NCBI GenBank assembly: GCA_904063045.1 | Contig: CAJFCJ010000005.1 | Location: forward strand, 3,652,165-3,716,164 | Direction: 5' to 3' | Length of the DNA: 64,000 nt | DNA from: Dimorphilus gyrociliatus | Lineage: Eukaryota > Animalia > Annelida | Shown here: positions 1 through 12,900 of the stretch, one piece after another | Layout of the letters: each line of letters opens with the position of its first letter | Position numbering within the stretch: position 1 is the stretch's first letter | Program-made: the position numbers and the translations under genes | Notes under the pieces: model-generated | The model's input: only the letters and a program-made list of their open reading frames with translations | Told to the model about the DNA's origin: nothing | The model's database searches: none

Positions 1-378
1 CTGTAATAAGTGAAATTATAAAGAGAAATATAAAAAAAAGTGGAAATAAAATCTTAAATATTGTTACATAAAACTGTATATACTATTATTAGTTTGGCAA
101 GGCTATTGCACACTTTCTATACAGAACATTACCTTAGAATCGTAGTACAATTATTATTTTATCAAATTGATAATTGTTCACAATTTATATACTATAAAGG
201 AATATAAAACATTTTCATTCTGGGGAAGTTTCGAATGAATATGACTAATAAACTATTATAATCGCTATCTATATATAGATTAAGGCTTTTAATGGATGAG
301 TAAAAATTCGTGCCATATGTATATTCTGTCAAGAGTTTAAGGGAACTGCCCTTCTTTTGTCTATCATATATTTATAGA

Positions 379-870
379 TTAAGAATACAAGATTTTCTCA
401 TGAATTAGCATTTCGTTAAATTCACGATCCTCCCTAATATGGTTCCATATTAATTCGAACAATAGAAATTCAACATCGGCATCTTCGCAACATTCTCTTA
501 ATAAATCTTCGTCCGCTTTTAATTCAAAATTACATTGACGCTTTTGTTCTTCAATGGAAATGTAATCAGGATGTGGCCATCTTTCATCCGATCCTACACT
601 ATAAGGTACAACGCCTCCGATATCAATCTTTCCCTGAGCAATTTCACAGTCTGTTGATGTGGAAACATCCGTCGTCCTACATAAATTTGATGTTATAAAG
701 TTAGACTGGAAATATGATGGTTGTTGGTGTAGTATTGTAGAAAATTGTGGTTGTCTGACAAGAGAAAAGGGAAGTATATGGCCTGAGTTAGTCCTAATTC
801 GAACCAAATGAATTGGATGACTAATCATTTTTCCAGGAAGAATGATTTTATCAGCAATTAAACGATTCAT
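379..870 (-). CDS. Hypothetical protein, about 163 aa, single ORF
   Basis: Open ATG-to-stop frame of 492 nt in very AT-rich DNA with a protein-like acidic C-terminus (VPYSVGSDERWPHPDY...). First ATG is at 870; the track starts at a TTG. No family recognised. Confidence 0.45.
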   Translation of the reverse strand: MNRLIADKIILPGKMISHPIHLVRIRTNSGHILPFSLVRQPQFSTILHQQPSYFQSNFITSNLCRTTDVSTSTDCEIAQGKIDIGGVVPYSVGSDERWPHPDYISIEEQKRQCNFELKADEDLLRECCEDADVEFLLFELIWNHIREDREFNEMLIHEKILYS

Positions 871-1298
871 ACCACACAAGTCTTAAGTTAGTTAGACAAC
901 ATGGTAAGTCTTTGTTAAAAGAACAATCAATGATCACATTCCGTTTAAAAAACCTTCTATAATTCTAATAACGAAACGTCGTAGGACACAAAAAAAGTGG
1001 TTCTTTTCTTTTCTCTCTTTTTTTAAAGTAAATAGAGAAACGTCATTTATTCGAAAAAATTACGATTATTAAATGATCACATATATATATATATATATGA
1101 TTACACATATATAAATGTATACATATATATATATGATTCTTATGAATTTTCATTATTTAAATTATCAATATTTATTAATTTTTGTATAATATAATACAAT
1201 TGTTAATTTTTTTTCTTTTTGCATGCACGTGAAACAACATTTCCTAAAAATGTCTCTTATATTGACTTACAAGTATTAAATTTTTAACTTATTCCTTT

Positions 1299-1344
<46 letters not shown>

Positions 1345-1470
1345 AATATATTAAGTTATATACAATCAATTAAACTCTTTTTCTCCATACGACTTTTAAT
1401 TTTTTTCCCCTTCTTAGTCCTTCACAAAAGGCACAATCACAGGCGACTTCTGCGTATATAACAAATTACT

Positions 1471-2550
1471 TTAGGCATATATTTTTTCAAGCTTGTTGCA
1501 AGATGGTGTTGCCATTTGTGATGCTCTTTCATACATTTTTTGATCACTATAATGTCTAGCTCTCCATAACATATTTTCTTTAAGAGTTCTTTCCTTAAAG
1601 CACTGATGCCTTAAATTCTCAAGATGGTCTGACTCGACACTCTGTTCTAATTGTCGCATAGAGCCATGATATTCCGTATTGAAGTCTCTTTTCACCCAAT
1701 ACGAAATTCTTAAATTTTGTGTTGTTCTCATATGCTGATATTTTCCAGTTTTTGATAAAGAATAATGAGGCTCTGACACGAGAAAGGAGCTAAGCAGCGA
1801 CAAGACAACCAACATTAAAATTGGAGCGAGCTGCAGGAGCATTGTGTAATTTGTTTCCACTTCGGGTTGGGCACCATTCCTTCTACCGGTATGTCTTCTA
1901 TAAGTATATACATTACCTCCTGGAAAGCCACCTCCGAAAAACATATTAAATACTTCCTCTGGTGATATATCGCTCTCGAAGTCATCTGGATAGTGTCGCC
2001 TGTGATTACTTGATTCTGTTTCATGACCATGAACGTCATAACGACGCCTTTTATTAGAATCACTAAGTGTTGTGAAAGCATTCCCTATTTTTTTGAAAGC
2101 ATCCGCTGCTCCTGGCGCTTTGTTCTTATCTGGGTGAAATTTAAGGGCTAATTTACGATAAGCTTTTTTAATATCTTCTTCAGCACAATCCCTCTTGACG
2201 TTCAAAATCTCATAGTAATCTTTTGCTTTTAGAATCTTTTTCACACCACTATGTTGATCGGCGGTAAAAGATGTATCCGCTCCTGAAGTTTCGGAGGCGT
2301 TTGCCGTCTGCCGAAATCGTACATTTTCTGCTGAAGAACTATCACTGTTGCCATTCGAAAATGCCGATCGTGACGAGTCAGCGTTAGTTCCGCCATTTGA
2401 CAGGCCATCTAAAAGTTCTTGGCCTCTTTTTGTTGGATAGAGCTTTTGAGCTTTAATAACAAACTTTTTTGCTTGATCTACTTTTCCTTCCCTTAGATAC
2501 TTTTCGGCATAGTCTAAGCATTTTCTGCTTTCGTCTTTATTGCCTTCCAT
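1471..2550 (-). CDS. DNAJB12: ER-membrane DnaJ co-chaperone DNAJB12/DNAJB14, intronless
   Basis: MEGNKDE start, J-domain with HPD (LALKFHPDKNKAPGA), ISPEEVFNMFFGG, one TM segment and a DUF1977-type C-terminus. ATG at 2550. Confidence 0.95.
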   Translation of the reverse strand: MEGNKDESRKCLDYAEKYLREGKVDQAKKFVIKAQKLYPTKRGQELLDGLSNGGTNADSSRSAFSNGNSDSSSAENVRFRQTANASETSGADTSFTADQHSGVKKILKAKDYYEILNVKRDCAEEDIKKAYRKLALKFHPDKNKAPGAADAFKKIGNAFTTLSDSNKRRRYDVHGHETESSNHRRHYPDDFESDISPEEVFNMFFGGGFPGGNVYTYRRHTGRRNGAQPEVETNYTMLLQLAPILMLVVLSLLSSFLVSEPHYSLSKTGKYQHMRTTQNLRISYWVKRDFNTEYHGSMRQLEQSVESDHLENLRHQCFKERTLKENMLWRARHYSDQKMYERASQMATPSCNKLEKIYA

Positions 2551-3876
2551 AACCAAGATGGCAGCGATTTATTCAAAAAGTAAGTAGTATAGCGCGATTT
2601 GAAAGTATGGTACCGCAATCCAAGCAAAAATTTATTTAGTGATTCGGTTTTACTTTATAATTAAAGATTTTCCTATATAGACTTGAAAGTATTCTTAATT
2701 TTTCTACAATTCCTTATTCTATACTGTCATTTAAAAAAACAATAAAAAAATATGCTCTTACAAACAAAATATCTATTTATAGAAAGTTTATAAGTTTTAC
2801 ACACATGCAAAGACTGGTACGTCGGTCCTTTTTACCGTATCTGCTAAGTTCAAAACTCTGTATAACATTTGATAAGGATAATAAGGCAATACTTTTAAAA
2901 CACGCGATCTTAGGCCCGCATTAATGTTACAATTTCTTTCGTATTAATATACAGTATATATATTATATGTATATATATATATTAGACACGCCAGTGTCTA
3001 GGAAACGAAAGTAGCTATAGCCTTAGCAATTTCACTTCCTTATGAAAAAGAATTACAATAATTATTTAAATTCATGGTTTTGTAAAAAAAAAATAACCAA
3101 TCATTACTTTTCTACTTATTAATTTTTAAAAATTTTTTGTATTGCACCTACTGTTTCTTGTTCATTTTTGTCAATGTGATTAATGAAAATCAATGTTATA
3201 AATATCCTTACGAATTGGGGACTATATTTCTCACGAATTGTTCATTTATTGAAAGTATTGCGTAAGTTTTAAAGGTTTATTTGTTAGAATAGGTAATTAC
3301 TAATTGGTAAGTAAATTTTAAATTAATTATCTTGTATAGATTTAGTGAAGAGAATAAAGTTGATTTTAGGTCGAGGTTCAATTCGATTCTCTACATTTAA
3401 TTATATCCATCCTCAACAATAACAATACATATTGTGCAATGTAGTGTTGACTCACTGTTGTTTTTTTCAATACCAACACTACGAAGTTTTTAGCGTAAGA
3501 ACTAGGTTGGCTACCCATTCAACACGTTATTTGTTGCAATAGACTTTATTCGGATTAGTTACCCATAGTTTGGGAACACAATCCAATTTACAAACTCGAT
3601 AAATATTTAAAATCTCGATAGCAACCAGTCTACAAGATTTCCCAACTAAATATACATTCGTTATAAACTGGCAGCACTGCAGTTGATTTTGTCAGTAAAT
3701 GAAAAAGCAGCAGACAAAGAGCTTGTTTACTGCATAACTTTCTGTGTATCTAAACCGGAGGCTTTAGATAAGATCATATCGGATTATATTTTAACTCTAT
3801 GAGAATTGTTATGTCCTAATTAATTTAATTGAATAGCTTTTTATTATCACCTTATCTATAACGGCGCAGGGGGAAA

Positions 3877-5572
3877 ATGGCGTCAAAACCGGAAGATGAT
3901 ACATCAATCGCAAACAACTCATGCTTTTTCCAAAGACCAAAGTCATTACCTCTTCCAAAATCCGTCACAAGGATTGTAAACAGAGAATCCATCACAAAGT
4001 GTTCAAATGAAAAGAGACGTTCGCAAAGCTTAACTGAATGCGACTACATAATCCCACCAAAAAATGAAGATACTGTCGTTAAAGAAAACGAAGTAGCTCA
4101 ATGTTCTTCAAAAGAAACTTTGCAAGCTCCTATCTCAACAACAGGCGACTCAGAAGGGAGATTATCAGTAGTCAACAGTGATGACGGATTAAAAGAATCA
4201 GATTCAAAAACTTGTAACGACCAAGAGAATGGAAAGACATTTTTTTCTTCAACTGAAAACGTTGATTCACTTCGCGATGTGATTAAAAAGAACAAGCATA
4301 TCATAGAGCCTTTTTTAGAGGAATTGCAAAATGAAGAAAGCTTAAATCAAGAACGAAATCATGTCCAGTTTTATTCAGGTCATTCAACAACAAATATAAG
4401 TCCTGCAAGGAGTAGGCGTGAAAACTCCAATTTAACACTCGATCCTTCCAAGTTGGCAGGAAGTTTAAGGCAGATAAACCCGACGATTGAAGCAGGTAAT
4501 GGAGGTATTATCGATTCTGAAGATTCCATTAACAGTGATATAGAAAATTCACCTAGTTCTGGCTCATTACCATTCCCTACTGGTAAACAAATTTATAAGG
4601 CTTGTGAAGTTTGCTGCGAATACGATTTTATTCACGAAAGATTCTGTTGTCAGTCTGCGATATGCAACGCTTGCATGGAAACGTACGTTGCAACGAAAGT
4701 CACATTAGGTATTGTTAGGATAATGTGTCCATCTGGAAAATGCGACAATAAATACGTTGTTAAAGACGAAATAGCATATCGGCTACCAGTTGAGTTGAAA
4801 ACAAAGTATCACAAATTCCTCGTCGACCAAAATAGAAGCCCTTACGAAAAAACATGTCCAAATTGCAGTCTCATAACAAACATGGTAGAGCATAGAGTAA
4901 AATTCGCTCCCAAAAAAGGTTTGAACGTTGTGTGCCAGGATTGTGATTTCAAATGGTGCTTTATATGTCAAGGACCTTCTCATGAGCGTCTAACTTGTAA
5001 ACAAACTGTTAAGGGTGATACTCTAATGAGAAAATGGGCCAAGCAAGTTGGTTCTGCTCTTGTTGACCGGCCAAATGCCGTTAAATGCCCTAAATGTAGA
5101 GTTAGTATTTTCCCATAGGGAAATATATTTTCCATTAAGGTTAAATGTAAAATAATTTCTTTCATAGGCATACATTCAGAAGAGTTCCGGTTGCGATCAT
5201 ATGCAATGTAATCGCTGTAATACTGATTTTTGCTACCGTTGCGGTGAACGACTGCTGTCTTTAAAAGGTTTCGGAGACCATTATTCAAAGTATTCGATAC
5301 TTGGATGTAAGTACAGGTACTATCCAAATAAACCTGGAAGGAGGCGTTTCGTACGTGGATCAATTTTAAGCTTAAAACTTTTGGCAGCTCCAATTGCCGG
5401 AGCAGGGATAGCTGGTAATTTGTATTTTAGAAAAGAATGAAAACTCAAATAATTTAGAAAATTTCTTTTTTTTTTTGCAGTATGTGCCGGTGTTGTAGCA
5501 GTTGGGGCCTTAATATTCTTCCTACCATGTTGGAGTGTCCATAAATGTTGGAAGAAAACTCGCCGTTCATAA
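3877..5572 (+). CDS. RNF217: RBR E3 ubiquitin ligase RNF217-like (exons 3877-5100, 5168-5414, 5481-5572)
   Basis: RING1-IBR-RING2 cysteine pattern, GCDHMQC catalytic motif, GDHYSKYSILGCKYRYYPNKPGRRRFVRGS typical of RNF217, C-terminal TM. GT-AG introns are phase-compatible. Confidence 0.93.
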
Positions 5573-6239
5573 AACTTGAAAAGAAGAATAGAAGAAAATG
5601 AAAGAAATGAAGGTTTCTTCCTTACTCCAAAAAAATTTCTGTGATGTATACGGCTAAAAGCCGTTCAACTGATTTTCAAAACAATATATATATATATGCA
5701 AAGCAAAACAAACAAACAAGTAAGCTAACAAAATAATAAGATAAAGAAACAAGTAACAAATTAGAAGATAATAATTGGATACCGAAAATCTGCCCCACCT
5801 CTCTCTCTACATATATATATATATATATGCAGTGTATAAATTACTTGTCATATATACAAATGCAATTGGCCTTTTTATTGGCAAAATAGGTACGTCTTTG
5901 AGCCTGAGCACTATATCATTAACATTATTATTTATATATACAATATATATGTATATATATATATATATATATATTTGTCACTTTGCTCATTTGGTTGTAA
6001 TTGCTGTTTAATTAATCTTTTTTGTTATTATTATATTATTTAAAAGTGACTTTGTATTATTAATAATGTAAAAAATCTTGTAAAATGCAAATATATATAT
6101 ATATATATATATATATCTTGTAAGTAATGAAGAACTTTTTGCAACAGAAACGTATAAGATTTATTCTTTCTGTGAGGCAATGTAATTTCATATTAATCCT
6201 TTTTTTTAAGAAATATACTGAAGAAAGAGAAAGTTGTTT

Positions 6240-8436
6240 TTAACTTTGTTTCATGTCATCTAAAATTAATCTAGACGCTAAAGCAATAAATAGAGCGCCT
6301 AATGCCTTAACAATCGTTGAGTAGTGTATCGCCCAGCCGAAAGCGGTTACTTCCAGCTTGTTCTCAAGTAGATAGAACATTAACTCCATCCTACCTTCAG
6401 TTGGACAAACACTTTTTATAAATCTTCTTCCTTCCATATTAACTTCTGCATAGGCTCCAGTAAGTAACGGTAATAGAAGTATAGGTAGAAAGAAATCAGC
6501 AACCGAAATCAGAGTAACCGAATGGGATATCCAATATATAATATATGTCCCACAATGTAATATTATGAAAGCAATCCATGCGGTAAACCACCTTTGAAAG
6601 CAGATTGATACAGCCCGTAAACGACTCTATAGAAAAGAAAGTTTTTCGCCAATTATATATTTGCGACTCTAATTGAAAACTTCTCCAAGGCTTACTGATA
6701 ATTTCCAATGTCGTAGCAATAAATCCTCTGAAGATATCATGCCGTCCGCAATAGCGCTTTGAATAAACTCTTGCGATGCTTCTGTGTTCTCCGTGCAAAC
6801 GCTCTAAGAATAACAATCAACAAAATTTAAAATACAATGAAATAACGAAAGAAAGAAAGAGACAGAGAGAGAAAAAAAATAGAATACTTACAGCGTCACT
6901 TATTAGATGGCGTCGAAAACTATTACTCCTAGACGAATCTCGTCCAGAGGTCATGATTCTTTTCAATCCAGCCGCAGAAACATTTCCTATAGAGCATTGG
7001 AGTAAAGCCTCCTGAGATTCGAGCCTATCATCATCACTACGTTCTTCGATGCCGTCCTGATTTTCTGACGAAAAACAATTTGTAGATTTTCCTCGAAAGA
7101 ATTTCCTCTTTGGACTATATGCCGCTTGGGAGAGTGATGGTCCCGAAACACTAACCGTTGACCTATTTCGTCTAGAGATGGGGGGCGTTAGTTGGGCGTA
7201 TTGGTAACGAGATGTACGCTCTTCAACATCCAAATCGCCATCGATTATATTAAAAGCCTCTATTGTTAAACATACATCGATAAAATTAATAACTGAAAAG
7301 AGAAAGAGAGAAAAGCGTAGAATTTAACCAACCTCGAACTCTCATTCCATCAACATAATCGAATGAACTGTTTTGGGCTCCTCGAGCTTTTTTCACAGGC
7401 AGTTTTTGAAGCTCTAAGATTCTTCCATCCTCTTCCAGATCTCTAATAAAATATCTCAAATCTGAAATCAATACCGTACAACAGGAAAGGAGAGTAGAGT
7501 AGTTGAAAAAGATTGACGGAGACGAAGAAAGGAAGGGAGAGGTAGTGAAGACGAAGAAGAGAAAAATGAGTAGATGGAAGGAAGGAAATATGCATGGCAA
7601 GGAAAGAGAAAAAGATACTATATATAGTTGATAATTTATGAATATTTATATAAATACAAACCTAGAGTTAATGTTCTACAAACACTTAAAATAATAGATG
7701 CAATTAAAATATTCCATAGTAAACTGACTATTCCATAAAAACAGCGAACGTAGAATAATACTGTGCACAAATCTCCAGGTAGATCAACTTTAATACAATG
7801 TTCATACCTTCTATTAGATTTGCTAGAGAAAAGATTGACACCTAAACCAGATCCAGCCAACACCATTAACACTCCAGCACTGTTCAATTTGAACACTGTC
7901 TTTGTATGTAATCGAACAGATTGGGCAATAGCAGGAGCAGCTAATAATCTTCCTGCCAAATTATGTGAATAAACTCCAAGTGTAGACCAATAAACGGTTA
8001 AAAAAATACTGACAAAACCTTTTAGAGTTGTTTGCCTGGTTTCCGATGATATAATATTATATACTTCAAACCAGGAATGTAATACAATAAAGAGAATGGC
8101 AAGTGAAACTGTAAATACATGAAATATCGTGCCAATAATAGGCTTAGAATCACCAACAACACCTAATAGATGAGAAAGAACCCTCCATAATCCGGCTGGT
8201 AAATGAGAAGGTCTTGAATCGAGTTTCGCATACCAGCTAGTTGTTGGGATTAATTCTGTATCACCAGAAGGATTTCTTCGATTTTGTACTTTTAGCTCGA
8301 CGTCCACTTCATCTGAACCATAATTCTGATTGGCAAGTAACTCTGGTGGGTGTTGCCGTTTCCTTCTAGATGGATCCTCATTCAATTCTTTCTCACCTTC
8401 TTCTTCTTGAATGTTAATATTTGTTGTATTTATCAT
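6240..8436 (-). CDS. Multi-pass membrane protein, gustatory-receptor-like / 7TM ion channel candidate (exons about 8436-7662, 7461-7333, 7259-6892, 6803-6696, 6627-6240)
   Basis: Five exons join in frame through GT-AG introns. About 7 hydrophobic segments, a long low-complexity internal loop, and C-terminal LEVTAFGWAIHYSTIVKALGALFIAL resembling the GR/GRL TM7 region. Confidence 0.7.
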
Positions 8437-8662
8437 GTTGTATCATCTAAATTTGTTAAAACAGCAAATAAAAAATGTAATTCCATCCCATGATTAATAA
8501 TTTAAGTTTATGAATTGTTATTATGAGAGCACGTGACCGTCTTTGTCGTCTGCTATTTTTGACTGGGACCGAATTCAACTGCAAATATGTTTGTTAAACT
8601 TACGAGATGGCATGCTTTACCTTGAGTGATAGAGTCTATGTTTTTCCCTGTAAAATTTCCAC

Positions 8663-9480
8663 ATGGCTAACAGTGGAATTGATTTTAATGTCTTCGATGA
8701 GGTTATTAAGAGGGTACTCGGCGGTTGGACAGGATATCAGGTTATTATCCGTTGCTTGTTGATATTTTCCTCAATTAAATGAAAAAGTGTATTTTTTTAC
8801 TAAACGAGTGAGTCTTTAATTAGGGAGCGATAATACAAAATTGTTATGAATACAGTTAGCAATTCAACATAGTTCAGGAGGTGCTCATACGAAGGAAAAG
8901 TCTGAATGGTTTATTTGGGCAATTTCAGATTTCTTTAAACAAAATGGTATAAAATATCACAGTTATTTGATTATTTTATAATTTAATGTTCTTACACCAA
9001 TAGCTAATTTGTTTCCCGACGAAGTAGAAGATTTTATAACTGATATTCTTAATACCGAATTTAACACTATACTAGAAGATGGAAGTATACAACAGGTATC
9101 TTTTTTATCTTTTTTATCATTTGTAATGTCTTTACAATGATTGAATAATTTTGTCCCATTTTAGATTAGTAGCAAATTATGTGAATTTTTCAAAATGGTC
9201 AAAGAGGGAGATTACGAAAATCTGAAGACAAGAGTTAATGTTATACCTGGATCTGCAGTAGGAAATTCTCAGTCATTGCCTAATGACGATGATTCAGACG
9301 ATAGCGAAGAAGTAATAGATTTTCTTTTAATTACAAATCTGTCTATCTAATGTAAAATTTTCTTGAAAATAGGGCGAACCTAATCTAGTGCCAGCCACAT
9401 CAAACCCACCTAAGAATGAAAGTAGACCAGAGCCTATGGACGATGATGGTTGGACTGTTGTGAATAGGAAAAAACACTGA
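8663..9480 (+). CDS. TSR2: Pre-rRNA-processing protein TSR2 (exons 8663-8740, 8856-8946, 9004-9095, 9165-9311, 9373-9480)
   Basis: Not in the ORF track. Manual splice gives RVLGGWTGYQLAIQHSSGGAHTKEKSEW...DILNTEFNTILEDGSIQQ...DDDGWTVVNRKKH*, the WGG-domain signature; all phases fit. Confidence 0.92.
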
Positions 9481-9994
9481 ATATTAGAAAAGTGAAATAT
9501 TATATTTATGAATTTTTCGTGATGAATTTTTGTCCTAATAAAGTAGGCCTTGTCATATTTATATATAATATAAACAGAGATGTCTGATAAAAAACAAACT
9601 TAATTCATCTATCCTTCCATCAAAAGAAAACAAAGTGACAATTGAATCTCAAGTGGGGCGGTTATAATTTATTACGTAATCATTGACACATTCGTTGTAC
9701 AGATTTAAGGATCTTTTTGGTATGATGAACGAGAATTTTTTTTTGATGACCTGCACAAATATAGAGGAAAATATAACAATCTTAATTTTCCTTTTTCCAA
9801 AAAACAGGGGGATACGCTAATACAACGTATATATTTCAGTTAAAATTGATACATTCCTAGTCAAGGCAAGCACGTAAAAGTATCCAACCAGTAATGGAAA
9901 ACGTTTTATTAGACAATCTAACCAGAATAAAGCATAGAAAAGTAAACGTAAGAAAAAGTAGAGTTGTATCAATTGGCATTAATCAAATTGATTA

Positions 9995-12900
9995 TCAGTC
10001 ATCGGTTTCTTCGAAATCCTGCAATAACAGTATTTAACTTGAGTACAACTAAAATAAAACCATAATATTATTTGTACCTGAGTTTTTGGTTCTAAGTCTT
10101 CACCGTATTGAATAGCCATATCAATTATTGCTAGAATGTCGTTTATATTATCTTCGTCAGTTCTATCGATTGGATGAAACTTGACTAGGCTATAATCTTC
10201 AACCTGTGTTTTTTATAAATAATTCTCATTAAAACAAAGAAAATTAAACCTATATACCCTTAGCCTATATACGGAAATGTAAATAAAACCGCAATAATGT
10301 ACAAGCGCGTAAACAAATACGGCTAACACGATTTTCTTAAGGGAAGATCCTTTGATGTATAATATTATATATATAAATACAAGATAAATATATATATATA
10401 TTATATATATTACAGAAAAGGATTACGATAATAATTTAAGTATAAATAGATAAAAATACAATTTAAAAAAAATAGGGTCTTTTGTGGTCCACCCGTCTGC
10501 TTTCTTTAAGATTTTCTGCATCTTCTTCTTCTTCGTCTATTACCGAACCAATCTTTAAGCTGCTTCTGTGAAATTCCTGTTTTAGACATCAACTCTTGCT
10601 TCTCGTCCTCTGTTGGATATGGAGTGACTTTATGCGCTTCGAACCATTCGTTCAGAATACTATTTATTTCGGGTGCGAAATTTTTTCTTGTCCTCTTCTT
10701 TTTCGTCTCTGGTTCATTAGTTGTTGCTGGTGAAGTCATACTTGATTGGGGATTCAATGATGGGGCAGGAGCCGGTGGCGGAGGCTGTAGCTGTAAAGGT
10801 GCGAATGACGATGATGAGGGATGATGAGTGGGCGGTAATGGTGCTGGTGGTGTAGAATAATTGATAGAATGGGGTGAAATCATGCTATGTCCTCCATATC
10901 CTATAAAATTATCGTGGATGGCACTCGCTGGTGAAGCTCCTGTCATATTACCGAGAGGCGATGGAGAATACGGCGTATACGAAGTTGTTGGAGATGGATA
11001 ACTGTTGTACAGATAGGCGTTGTTGTAATGTTGTTGAGCAACGGGACATGGTGAGGCAAGACCAGAGAAGGGGATTATTTGAGGCTGAGAAGATTTTAAA
11101 TGATTCTTCTGTTTCATTCTTTGGCGAAGCCAAGTTCTAATATGTGCTGGTGACGTATTCAACGAAGAAGCCAATCTTCTTTGGATTTTTATATCGTGAA
11201 TACCTTCCGATGTAGCTTCATTTAAGAACCAAGATTCCAGAGTACTAATCTCTTTCGATCCGAGTACATTCGACTTGGCCAACGGCTTAAAACGACGCGG
11301 TGACGAGTCGGGAGAGGGCCTTTTCGGACTTTCCCAAGGACGGAACACATTTGCTTTTTCTTCCTCGACAACCAGATGTTGAATATGTTGAACATGATGA
11401 AGAGGACTTCGACGTTCCGATGATGATGGTGATCCTGATGTTGAAGACGTACTCATACGTACAATCTCCTCATCTGATACTCCACTTCCAACGGCAGACA
11501 TGGTTTTATTAAGTAACTTGGACAACCTCACTGTATGAGCTCGACTCGACAACTATGGTGATTTGAACGCGCTCACGGCGTTTTATGAAATCCGGTCGTC
11601 TAGCCGTAGTCACGTGACTTAAAAAATTTAGAAAGTTTTGCAAACACAGGAATTCACTCAATACAACTTCGACGCTTCCACTGAGTTCCGACTTTCAAAC
11701 GTGTCAAATAGGCGGCCTATACTCATAGAATTGCGCTTTTATGAAGTAGTAAAAATATTGGATAGCTGGTTTCAAACTCCTCAAGAGTAACTTTTAAAAT
11801 CACATCAAACGCTATAACAAGCGTCAAACAGCGCTCACCAATTGACTCGTGGTCTTTACCCAAACTGACTAATAACAACAAATTTTCGGCAAATTTGTAT
11901 AAGATCAATACAAATAGATGTACATTTCTAATAACATTCAATTAAATACAATTTATACATTTTTTACATTAAAAAACAAACAAATACAATCTTTTAATAT
12001 TTCGGTTTCCTCCCATATTTTTACCCCTATAGTCCTTCTATTAAATATGCCTATTTTCGCTTTTCGTTTACGACGGTGTTATAATTAATGTGTTAAACAT
12101 AAATGTCATTCTATATACCAAACGACAAGAGAATACTTAAACTGAACGTTTCTAGAAAGTGATTTTTACATTGACAGAGTTTCACCGTTCAGACAATTTA
12201 ATTAAACATACATTTAAACCTAACCGTACGTTTAACGTCTCTTCCTAAATTAGACATATACAACAGTATCTATATTTAGATTTAATGGATTTTGTATAAG
12301 ATTTAAAAGAATGTTCTTTTTTATTATTTTTTCCTTCCATTATACAATGGCCGTTTGAAGTATATTCTTAAAATTATTAAGAACAAGTTGAGTAGTTGAT
12401 ATAAAGATAAAGAGTAGTTATTAAGAGATAGAGTGTATACATGTATTTATATATTATACTAATATATAAATACATACAGTATATATATATGGAAAGTCTA
12501 TGAAAGGAAAGGTAGAGTAGTATCAACAGTAATTTTATACAAAAGTGTTATACGCACGGCGTTCACTCTTTTTTTTTTTATTATCAAGAATATGTTTTAA
12601 ATATCGTTTCACACTAGTTGACGATCTTTTTCCCTTTTGACAGAATCAATGTGTTAGTTTTACGCTGATAGATAAGCGATTAAATGATCAAAAGACCTTT
12701 CATTTTTTATTTTAAACCGTTAGATAGGACTTGGACGTGACTTTCTAATTAGGTCATTGTCTTAAAGGAGTCAACCGTTTTAGAATTCCGTACCAAAAAA
12801 AAAGACAAAAAAAAGAAAACAAACGTTCCTTGAATGGTATAAATGTATAGATAAGGATAAAAATAACCTATAAATATCGCGTATTTTTCCTAGAAATCAA

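Noticed and set aside
899-907. Plus-strand ATG|gtaagt that looks like an ATG-only first exon
   Set aside because: Downstream acceptors (for example 1417) give only short peptides with no recognisable product.
2558-2587. CAAGATGGCAGC...gtaagt as a divergent gene start beside DNAJB12
   Set aside because: No convincing second exon; more simply a YY1-like motif in the DNAJB12 5' region.
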